Below, piece after piece: positions 6,650 to 14,023 of a DNA stretch of 64,000 nucleotides. The stretch is from Alphaproteobacteria bacterium. Its GTDB lineage: Bacteria; Pseudomonadota; Alphaproteobacteria; UBA2966. Position numbers and translations under genes: made by a program. How positions within the stretch are numbered: position 1 is the first letter of the stretch; each line of letters opens with the position of its first letter. The stretch lies in the NCBI GenBank assembly GCA_030740435.1, contig JASLXG010000066.1:24603-88602 (forward strand). Reading direction: 5' to 3'. The notes beneath the pieces are model-generated. The model made no database searches, was not told where the DNA came from, and saw only the letters and a program-made list of their open reading frames with translations.

Positions 6650-8764
6650 GTGACGAAGGCGGGGCAGGGGCGAAGCAGGCAGGCGCTGCTGGCGCTGGCG
6701 GCGCTGACCCTGGCCGTTCTGGCTGCCTCGCCGGCCTGGGCCCTGGAGGCCAACGAATACCGCCAGGTCCTGGGCCTCGATTCGCGCAAAGTCGTTTGGT
6801 TCCTGGCCCAGATGCACCTTTTCTTCGGCGCCTTCGTGCTCGGCGTGCCGCTGTTCGCCGTGATCATCGAAATCGTCGGCTGGAAGAACGGCGACGAACG
6901 CTTCGACAAGCTGGCCTACGAATTCACCAGCCTGCTCAGCGTCGCCTATGCCACCACGGCGGCACTCGGCGGCATGCTGGCCTTCGCGCTGTTTACGCTT
7001 TACCCGACCTTCATGGGCTTCATGGCCGGAGCCTTCAAGGACGTCTTTTTCGTCTACGCCATCCTGTTTTTTGCCGAGACCTTCTGCCTCTATCTCTACT
7101 ACTACGGCTGGAAGGCGATGCAGGGGCGGGAGCCTTTCGGAAAAACCCTGCAACTGCTCTTCAAGACGGCCGGCGTGGTCATCGCAGGCCTTGGCCTGCT
7201 TTTCCTGTTCGGTCTTATCGGACCCGAGATGCGGGGCGATACCCGGGCCTTCATGGCGCTCTTGTACGTGCTGCCGCTGGGGGCCGGGATATATCTGCTG
7301 AAAGACGGCAAGTCGGGCCACATCCTGATCGGCATCCTGCTCAACCTGGCCGGCACCGGCATCATGCAGGCGGCCAACTCGATGGCCGGCTTCATGATGA
7401 GCCCGGCCGGCGTCAGCGAGGCCGGCGAGATCATCGGCAGCACCTGGCAGGTCTTCGAGAACGTGCTGGCCACGCCGGTGGCTATCCACCGCATGCTGGG
7501 CAATCTCGCCTTCGGCGGCCTGGTGGCGGGATCGTATGCCGCCGTCAAGTTCATCGGCGCCAAAACGGCCGAGGAAAAGGCGCACTACGACTGGATGGGC
7601 TACATCGCCAATTTCGTCGCCATCGCCGCCCTGATCCCGCTGCCCTTCGCCGGCTACTACCTGGGCCGCGAGGTCTATTCGACCTCGGCCGTCATGGGCA
7701 ACAACATGATGGGCGGCGATTTCTCCTGGACCTTCATCATCCAGGCCGTGCTGGTGGGCTCGCTGTTCTTGATCTCGAACTATTACCTCTGGTCCGGCAT
7801 GACCCGCATCCCGGGGTCCGAGCGCTATTACAAGTTCATCAAGTTCATCCTCTTTGCCCTGATCGTCTCCTTCGCCATCTGGCTGACGCCGCACAACCTG
7901 CCGCTGACGGGCTCGGAGGTGGGCGATATGGGCGGCAGCCAATACCACCCGACGCTCAAGTTCCTGGGCCTGATGCCGGCCAAGAACGCGGTGGTCAACC
8001 TGATCATCATCTCGACCTTCGTCAGCTTTCTTTTGTATCGCCGCGGCAACAAGGCCGATGCCGTGTCGATCCGGGCCCAGGGGCGGACGCCGATGATCGT
8101 CATCGGCCTGGCCGGCGCGGCGGCGCTCTTGATCGTTGGCCAATTCGCCTGGTCGCTGATGACCATGAGCCCGGCCGAGCTCGACCTGCCGGCCGACACG
8201 GCGCAGTACTTCCGCACCGTCGGTTGGCTCTTGATCGGCGAATGCGCCATGGTGGTGGTGGCCGTCGGCCTGGCGCTCACGGACCGCGGCAAGTGGGCCC
8301 AGGCGCTCTATCTCGCCTACACCGTCTTCAGCGTCGTGCTGTTCCTCGGCGTCTACGGCTTCGTGGTCATGGAGAAGGCCTCGCCCTTCCTGCGCGACGT
8401 TGCCGTGGCCCAGTTCCTGCAGCTCATCAGTGCCCTCATTCTGGTCTCCGCCATCGACCTATTCCTGTTCAAGGGCGCTCAGGAGATCGGCCCCCTGCAG
8501 TGGGGCAAGATGACCAACCGCAGCCAGTACGCGCTGCTGGCGCTGACCTTCGTCATCACCATGAACATGGGCCTGATGGGCTTCATCCGCTCAGGTTTGC
8601 GCGGCGACTGGCACATCTTCGGGGTCATGCGCGACACCTCGGAATGGTCCTACACGCCGACCAACGCCACCATGACCGAGATGGTCAGCCTGGCCGTGCT
8701 GGTCTTCATGGTGGGCGTCGCCTTCATGTTCTGGCTGGGCAGCATCGCTGCCAAGAAGGACTAG
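6650..8764 (+). CDS. Cytochrome bd oxidase subunit I (CydA)-like membrane protein, module 1, about 704 aa with a predicted cleavable signal peptide; no cydB partner
   Basis: The N-terminal region AQMHLFFGAFVLGVPLFAVIIEIVGW aligns with E. coli CydA [26 protein letters not shown], conserving the His19-equivalent. FFAETFCLYLYYYGW aligns with FFLESTFVGLFFFGW. VAIHRMLGNLAFGGLVAGSYAA matches the His186 helix. It is polytopic with extra C-terminal TM helices. The GTG start at 6650 follows the RBS ggagagg. The upstream ORF-track extension (from 6455) is Arg-rich nonsense. Confidence 0.7.
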   Translation: MTKAGQGRSRQALLALAALTLAVLAASPAWALEANEYRQVLGLDSRKVVWFLAQMHLFFGAFVLGVPLFAVIIEIVGWKNGDERFDKLAYEFTSLLSVAYATTAALGGMLAFALFTLYPTFMGFMAGAFKDVFFVYAILFFAETFCLYLYYYGWKAMQGREPFGKTLQLLFKTAGVVIAGLGLLFLFGLIGPEMRGDTRAFMALLYVLPLGAGIYLLKDGKSGHILIGILLNLAGTGIMQAANSMAGFMMSPAGVSEAGEIIGSTWQVFENVLATPVAIHRMLGNLAFGGLVAGSYAAVKFIGAKTAEEKAHYDWMGYIANFVAIAALIPLPFAGYYLGREVYSTSAVMGNNMMGGDFSWTFIIQAVLVGSLFLISNYYLWSGMTRIPGSERYYKFIKFILFALIVSFAIWLTPHNLPLTGSEVGDMGGSQYHPTLKFLGLMPAKNAVVNLIIISTFVSFLLYRRGNKADAVSIRAQGRTPMIVIGLAGAAALLIVGQFAWSLMTMSPAELDLPADTAQYFRTVGWLLIGECAMVVVAVGLALTDRGKWAQALYLAYTVFSVVLFLGVYGFVVMEKASPFLRDVAVAQFLQLISALILVSAIDLFLFKGAQEIGPLQWGKMTNRSQYALLALTFVITMNMGLMGFIRSGLRGDWHIFGVMRDTSEWSYTPTNATMTEMVSLAVLVFMVGVAFMFWLGSIAAKKD

Positions 8765-8768
8765 CCGC

Positions 8769-9746
8769 ATGACCGCCACCATGGCCAGGGTTGCGCTGTT
8801 CATGTTTCTGCTGCTGGGCCTTTTCCTGTGGGTCGGCAGCACCATCACGGCCATGACCGGCGGCGACAAGCGGCCCAAGGGCGGCGCCGTCGAGGTCAGC
8901 CCCGAGGGCGGCGAGGCCATCTTCTGGGGCAAGGGGCGCTGCTTCACCTGCCACAGCCTGGGCGGCCAAGGGAGCGCCGTGCGCTGCCCCAACCTGGGCC
9001 AATTCGGCGACAAGTTCGCGCTGCCCATCGGCGCCCGAGCGGCGGAGCGGGCCAAGGAACGCAGCGCCAAGACCGGCCAGACCTACACGACCACCGATTA
9101 CCTGGTGGAAAGCCTGGCCGAGCCTGGGGCCTACGTCGTCGAGGGCTACAAGAACGAGATGGCCATCGTCTACGCGCCGCCGATCTCGCTCAATCTTACC
9201 GAGATCAAGGCCGTGATCGCCTACTTGCAGAGCCAGGGCGGCGACGTCGACATGGAGGCGCTGAACAAGCCAAGCCCGATCAGCCAGAAGTTCTTCGCCC
9301 GCATCAATGCGGCCTCGGCCGCCGGTGGTGGCGATCCCGGTGCCGGCGAGGTGGTCTTCGAGGACAACTGCGCCGAATGCCATGACCTCGGTGGTGAAGA
9401 CGAGGAGCTGCCGGGTCCGGCGCTTTCGGGCGTCGGCAAGAAGGGCCTCAAGTTCCTGGCCGATGCCATCCTCAGGCCGGCCAAGGAGATCACCAAGGGT
9501 TTCGAGACGTATCAAGCGGTGATGAAGGACGGCCGCAAGCACGTTGGCCTGAAAAGCCGTGACGAGGGCGGCGAGGTCGACATCACCAAGGCCAACGGCG
9601 ACGTCGAGACGCTGGCCAAGGCCGAGATCAAGGAGCTCAAGGAAGACAAGGGCAAATCGATCATGCCCGAAGACCTGATCGAGGCCCTGACGGTCAAGGA
9701 CTATCAGGACGTCCTCTCGTTCCTGCTGTTGCAAAAGGGCGAGTAA
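8769..9746 (+). CDS. Membrane-anchored di-haem cytochrome c (module 1)
   Basis: N-terminal TM helix (VALFMFLLLGLFLWVG). Two CxxCH motifs (CFTCH, CAECH). The second domain carries GPALSGVGKKG...ILRP, a class I cytochrome c-like motif. Confidence 0.75.
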   Translation: MTATMARVALFMFLLLGLFLWVGSTITAMTGGDKRPKGGAVEVSPEGGEAIFWGKGRCFTCHSLGGQGSAVRCPNLGQFGDKFALPIGARAAERAKERSAKTGQTYTTTDYLVESLAEPGAYVVEGYKNEMAIVYAPPISLNLTEIKAVIAYLQSQGGDVDMEALNKPSPISQKFFARINAASAAGGGDPGAGEVVFEDNCAECHDLGGEDEELPGPALSGVGKKGLKFLADAILRPAKEITKGFETYQAVMKDGRKHVGLKSRDEGGEVDITKANGDVETLAKAEIKELKEDKGKSIMPEDLIEALTVKDYQDVLSFLLLQKGE

Positions 9747-9752
9747 GGCACC

Positions 9753-10718
9753 ATGGCAAAGCTCAGAATCAGTCGCTTCTGGTGGGTCGTGATCACCATT
9801 GTGGCGGTCTATGCCTTCGTCAAATGGGGCATTCCGGCGCTCTCGCGGGAAATCACGGCGCTGCCCTTCCCGCTTTCGGTGCCGGGCACCTTGATGTTCA
9901 TCTACATCGTGCTGACGCTGGTGGCGCTGTTTCTCTTCATCACCTTTTCGGACGACTACCTGGAAGAATTCAGCCGCCCCATCAAGCGTCTGCTGCGCGG
10001 CGAATTCGGCGCCATCCCGCGCCTCGTGGTGCTGCTGGCGGTGCCGTTGATCGTCGGCTGGCAGGTTTACGACGTGACCGTGCCCAAGGTCGAGCTGCCC
10101 TCGACGCTGCGCATCCAGCACCCCTCGTCGAACTTCCCCAAGAAGTTCGAGAGCATGAACAATCCCTTCGCCAATCCCGATGAAGCCACGGTCGCGGCCT
10201 TCATCGAGCAGGCCAAGGACGAGGAGATCGAGTTCATCGCCCAAGTCCAGGGCGACATCGAGGCCTGGCGCGAAGAGATCGATCCAGACAACCCCTACGA
10301 TTTCATCCCCACCAAGCCCTGGCGTGCCTTTCTCGCCCAGCTCGAAGAGGGCGAGGTCGAGCCGGCCGTGGCCAAGGCGGCGCTGGTGGAGAAGAACCTC
10401 TTCGAGGGGCGCGCCCTATATGCCATGAACTGCCGGCCCTGCCACGGCGACAGCGTCGCCGGCGACGGCCCGCTGGCCGACGGCTTCAAGCTCAGGCCGA
10501 TCAACTTCACCGACAACGGCACCATCGAGACCATCGTCGAGGGCTACACCTTCTGGCGCGTGAGCAACGGCGGCCCCGGCCTGCCCACCGAGGCCACACC
10601 CTGGGATTCGGCCATGCCCGAGTGGAAGGTCAGCCTGACCGAGGCCGAGCGCTGGAAGATCATCCTGGCCGAATACGACCTGGCCCAGAAGACGCCGCGC
10701 ATCCCGGAGAGCCATTGA
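9753..10718 (+). CDS. Membrane-bound mono-haem cytochrome c (module 1)
   Basis: Two to three N-terminal TM helices. A single CRPCHGD haem motif sits in a C-terminal soluble domain carrying the G[YF]xFWR...GGPGLP motif. It is a paralog of the gene at 16716-17483. Confidence 0.7.
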   Translation: MAKLRISRFWWVVITIVAVYAFVKWGIPALSREITALPFPLSVPGTLMFIYIVLTLVALFLFITFSDDYLEEFSRPIKRLLRGEFGAIPRLVVLLAVPLIVGWQVYDVTVPKVELPSTLRIQHPSSNFPKKFESMNNPFANPDEATVAAFIEQAKDEEIEFIAQVQGDIEAWREEIDPDNPYDFIPTKPWRAFLAQLEEGEVEPAVAKAALVEKNLFEGRALYAMNCRPCHGDSVAGDGPLADGFKLRPINFTDNGTIETIVEGYTFWRVSNGGPGLPTEATPWDSAMPEWKVSLTEAERWKIILAEYDLAQKTPRIPESH

Positions 10719-12337
10719 TGGTTTCGCGCATCACCATGGCGCTGGGCTTGGGCCTTCTCGCTTTCGCGGTCTCGCCGGCCGAGGCCGCCGACGTCTCGCA
10801 GGATCCCCAGCCCGAGTTCACGGACGAGCTGCGGGCTGAAGGCCGGCAGATCTACTTCCAGCGCTGCAGCTTCTGCCACGGCCTGCTGGGCGACGGCGAG
10901 GGACCGGCGGCGCCCTTCATGGACCCCCGGCCGCGCGACTTCACGCTGGGCACCTTCAAGTTCCGCACCACCCAGTCGGGCGAGCTGCCGCAAGATTCAG
11001 ACATCTTCCGCACCGTCAGCCGCGGCCTCAGCGGCACCGCCATGCAGGCCTTCGACGACGAGCGCATCAAGAACGGCCTCAGCGAGCACCAGCGCTGGGC
11101 CGTGATCGCCTACATCCAGACCTTCGCCCAGGAGTTCGACGATGAGGAACTGGACCCGGTCAAGACCGGCAAGGTGGTGGCGCTGCCCAAGGACCGCCCG
11201 GCCTATGGCGCCGAAATCGTGGCCAAAGGCAAAGAAATCTTTCTCAAGGCCAAGTGCTGGGAATGCCACGGCAAGTCGGGCCGCGGCGACGGCCAAAAAT
11301 CCTTCGACCGCAAGGACGACTGGGGCTTTCCCATCCGCATCCGCAACGTCACCCATCCCTGGAAGATCAAGGCCGGCGACCGCGTCGAGGACATCTACAT
11401 GCGTTTCTCGACCGGCATCAGCGGCACGCCCATGCCGTCTTTCGTCAAGGCCCTGAGCGAGAGCGAACGCTGGCAGCTGGCCAACTTCATCAAGTCTTTG
11501 CAGATCCAGCGCACCAGCCACCAGGTGCTGAAGGCGCTGCGCCTGGAGGGCGAGCTGCCCGAGAGCCCGGATGATCCGCGCTGGAAGCAAGCCGAGCCCA
11601 TGGACGTGATTCTTACCGGGCAGGCCGTGGCGCCGCCGCGCTGGCAAAGCCCGTCGGTCGAGATGGTGACGCTGAGGGCCGTCTTCAATGACAACGAAAT
11701 CGCTTTCCGGCTGACTTGGGACGACCCCTTCAAGGACACCAAGCACGACGCCGGGCAGGAACTCGACGTCAAGGAGATCAGCGCCAGCGGCATCTACAGT
11801 TCATACGTCGACGTCAACGAGTTGGCGGTGCGCAAGCTGGAGACCTATCGCGACGCCGTGGCGCTGCAGTTTCCCGTGAAGCCCACCGAGGGCACCAGGC
11901 GGCCGCACTTCCTGCGCGGCTCGGCCTCGGATCCGGTGCATCTCTGGCTTTGGAAAGCCGATGAGGGCGCTGTCGAGGAAGCCGTCGGCCGGGGTTGGCG
12001 CCAAGGCCTGAGGCCGCAGCCCGAGGAGCAGCAGCAGGTCGCCGCCAAGGCCGCCTGGGACCAGGGGCGCTGGCAACTGGTGATGAAACGGCCCTTGCGC
12101 ACCGAGGACAAGAACGACGTCCAGTTCGAGGCCGGCCGCTTCATTCCGCTGTCGCTCAATGCCTGGGACGGCTCCAACGGCGAACACGGTTTGATCATGA
12201 GCCTCTCTAGTTGGTATTACGTCTTCCTCGAAGCGCCGACGCCGATCAGCGTTTACCTCTATACCATCCTGGCGATCTTGATCACGGGCGGTCTGGGTTT
12301 CTGGTTGATGAGAAAAGCTGAAGCGGAAGACGCCTAG
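10718..12337 (+). CDS. Di-haem cytochrome c fused to an EB_dh/DOMON-like haem-binding domain, with a C-terminal TM anchor (module 1)
   Basis: The ATG at 10718 overlaps the upstream stop (tgATG). Signal peptide MVSRITMALGLGLLAFAVSPAEA. Haem motifs CSFCHG and CWECHG. The C-terminal half (WDDPFKDTKHD...ALQFPVK...DPVHLWLWKAD...WQLVMKRPL) resembles the ethylbenzene-dehydrogenase gamma / DOMON haem b domain. Terminal helix YLYTILAILITGGLGFWLM. Confidence 0.65.
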   Translation: MVSRITMALGLGLLAFAVSPAEAADVSQDPQPEFTDELRAEGRQIYFQRCSFCHGLLGDGEGPAAPFMDPRPRDFTLGTFKFRTTQSGELPQDSDIFRTVSRGLSGTAMQAFDDERIKNGLSEHQRWAVIAYIQTFAQEFDDEELDPVKTGKVVALPKDRPAYGAEIVAKGKEIFLKAKCWECHGKSGRGDGQKSFDRKDDWGFPIRIRNVTHPWKIKAGDRVEDIYMRFSTGISGTPMPSFVKALSESERWQLANFIKSLQIQRTSHQVLKALRLEGELPESPDDPRWKQAEPMDVILTGQAVAPPRWQSPSVEMVTLRAVFNDNEIAFRLTWDDPFKDTKHDAGQELDVKEISASGIYSSYVDVNELAVRKLETYRDAVALQFPVKPTEGTRRPHFLRGSASDPVHLWLWKADEGAVEEAVGRGWRQGLRPQPEEQQQVAAKAAWDQGRWQLVMKRPLRTEDKNDVQFEAGRFIPLSLNAWDGSNGEHGLIMSLSSWYYVFLEAPTPISVYLYTILAILITGGLGFWLMRKAEAEDA

Positions 12338-12391
12338 GACGCGCTAGAGTGCGGTCCATCCGTATGGGGAGAGAAGTTTGGGAGAGCGAGT

Positions 12392-13054
12392 ATGAGAATA
12401 ATTTTTGCCTCATCTTTGGCGCTGGCGCTGAGCCTGGCCGCAAGTGGTCCGGCCCGGGCTGATGCGGCGGCCGGCAAGGCCGCCTTCGCGGCCCAGAAAT
12501 GCGAGGGCTGCCATTACACCGAAGGGCCGGCCAGGGAGAAGTCGATCGACGATCAGTTGGCCAAGAAGGGGCCTGAGCTGTGGTACGCCGGTTCCAAGTT
12601 CCAGGCGCCCTGGCTCGAGGCCTGGCTGCAAAAACCCGATGCCATCCGGCCGCTGAAGTACAACACGCTCGAACAAGAGAACCCCGGCGACCATCCCAAG
12701 CTTTCGGGCGGCGATGCCAAGAACGTCGCCGCTTTCCTCATGAGCCTGACCTCGGACGCTGTCAAGGCGGGCAAGGTCAAGGCCAAGAGGAACGCCAAGG
12801 GGCGCCTGATTTTCTCCAAGAAAATGCCCTGTTCCGGTTGCCACTCCTCCATCGGCCGCAAGAAGAAAGTCGGCGGCGGGCGTTCCGGCCCGACCCTGGT
12901 CGGGGCCGGCCAGCGCCTCAACCCGGACTGGATCCTGGCCTATCTCAAGACGCCCGACGTCTTCAAGCCGATCAAGGCCATGCCCGTGTTCGCCGGTATC
13001 CTGGGCGACAAGGACATGCTCAACCTGGCCCGCCACGTGGCCAGCTTCAAGTAG
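12392..13054 (+). CDS. Di-haem cytochrome c with two CcoO/NorC-like haem domains (module 1 only)
   Basis: Signal peptide. Haem motifs CEGCH and CSGCH. Each is followed by a GPxL...G....W...LxxP......MP block resembling the cbb3 CcoO / NorC haem domain. Confidence 0.7.
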   Translation: MRIIFASSLALALSLAASGPARADAAAGKAAFAAQKCEGCHYTEGPAREKSIDDQLAKKGPELWYAGSKFQAPWLEAWLQKPDAIRPLKYNTLEQENPGDHPKLSGGDAKNVAAFLMSLTSDAVKAGKVKAKRNAKGRLIFSKKMPCSGCHSSIGRKKKVGGGRSGPTLVGAGQRLNPDWILAYLKTPDVFKPIKAMPVFAGILGDKDMLNLARHVASFK

Positions 13055-13074
13055 CCCGGCGGGAGGATAGAACC

Positions 13075-13443
13075 ATGAAAAGATTGACCACCGCCGCTGC
13101 CTTCTGCACCCTGGCGTTTGCCCTGGCCGTTCCTTCGGCCCAGGCCGCCGATGCCAAGAAGGTCTACAACTTCTATTGCGCCCAGTGCCACGGCACCGCC
13201 GGCAAAGGCAAGGGACCCAACGTCACCAAGGACTTTCCCGTCAGCCCGCGCGACTTCACCAATGCCGCCGAGATGGACAAGCTCTCGGACGCCGACATGA
13301 AGAACGTGATTCTGGATGGCGGTCCGGCGGCCTCCAAGTCGCCCATGATGCCGCCCTGGTCCAAGACCCTGAAGGGCGACGAGGTTGACGCTCTGGTCGG
13401 CTACCTGCGCAAGTTCTGCGGCTGCAAGGGCAAGCAAGGCTAG
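13075..13443 (+). CDS. Periplasmic mono-haem cytochrome c, 122 aa (module 1 only)
   Basis: The RBS gggagga precedes the ATG at 13075. Signal peptide MKRLTTAAAFCTLAFALAVPSAQA. CAQCHG motif. Confidence 0.7.
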   Translation: MKRLTTAAAFCTLAFALAVPSAQAADAKKVYNFYCAQCHGTAGKGKGPNVTKDFPVSPRDFTNAAEMDKLSDADMKNVILDGGPAASKSPMMPPWSKTLKGDEVDALVGYLRKFCGCKGKQG

Positions 13444-13531
13444 TAAGGCGCCCGGTGCCGCCGGGGAGGCGGCGCCGCTTCGTTTCAATTTTGGGAGAAG
13501 GGAGCCGCCGCGGTCTTGGACACTGCGGCCT

Positions 13532-13633
13532 TCAGAAAACGAAAAACCACAGAATCAGCACGATCACCACGGCGTTGATCAGCATGCCGGTGAGAATGAA
13601 GGTGTCGGCCAGACGTTTCTTGGGGATTTTCAT
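13532..13633 (-). CDS. Candidate 33-aa single-TM membrane peptide (MKIPKKRLADTFILTGMLINAVVIVLILWFFVF), antisense to the cluster
   Basis: Hand-translated ORF, too short for the ORF track. It has the classic small-membrane-protein architecture: a basic N-terminus followed by a 21-aa hydrophobic helix. It lies in the AT-rich spacer. Confidence 0.3.
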   Translation of the reverse strand: MKIPKKRLADTFILTGMLINAVVIVLILWFFVF

Positions 13634-13723
13634 TGAGGTAATGCAGTCTGTGGTTGCTTAATCTATGTGAAGGATATGGTTTCGGAGGCAGGTTAGGTTT
13701 CGGGCGCGCAACGATGGCTGGAC

Positions 13724-13846
13724 ATGACGATGACTGAAAACAACGGTGCAACAGGCAGTGGATCAGCCAACGCCTGGGCCGGTCCGGCCCTCTTTACGGT
13801 CGTTGCCGTGGTCATGCTGGTCTTCTTCTATTGGTTCCTGTCCTAG
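13724..13846 (+). CDS. Candidate 40-aa single-TM peptide (MTMTENNGATGSGSANAWAGPALFTVVAVVMLVFFYWFLS)
   Basis: Hand-translated ORF on the cluster strand upstream of cydA-like 2. The RBS is weak. Confidence 0.25.
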   Translation: MTMTENNGATGSGSANAWAGPALFTVVAVVMLVFFYWFLS

Positions 13847-13897
13847 AGTCAAGGCAGCCTGCAGGGGGGCACAAATGAATAATCCGAGGGATTGCTC

Positions 13898-14014
13898 ATG
13901 AAGGACTACGTGGTGCCCTTTGTGGCGGCGTTCGTGGTGTGGGGTCTCCTCTTTCTCGGTCTCGACGTGGTGATCATGAACGCCCAGGGACTGAACCTGA
14001 TCTATCAGCCGTAG
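13898..14014 (+). CDS. Candidate 38-aa single-TM peptide (MKDYVVPFVAAFVVWGLLFLGLDVVIMNAQGLNLIYQP), 10 nt upstream of cydA-like 2
   Basis: Hand-translated ORF. The RBS gaggg lies 7 nt upstream of the ATG. In size and position it looks like a CydX-like small subunit. Confidence 0.3.
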   Translation: MKDYVVPFVAAFVVWGLLFLGLDVVIMNAQGLNLIYQP

Positions 14015-14023
14015 GGGGGACTG

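Larger units (their letters stand above)
13450..14023. promoter_or_regulatory. AT-richer inter-module spacer, the probable internal promoter region for module 2; contains three tiny membrane-peptide ORFs
   Basis: There is a local GC drop (e.g. gtctgtggttgcttaatctatgtgaaggatatggtttcgg). A GC-rich hairpin with a T-rich tail follows the stop of the preceding cytochrome at 13445-13495. Confidence 0.3.
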
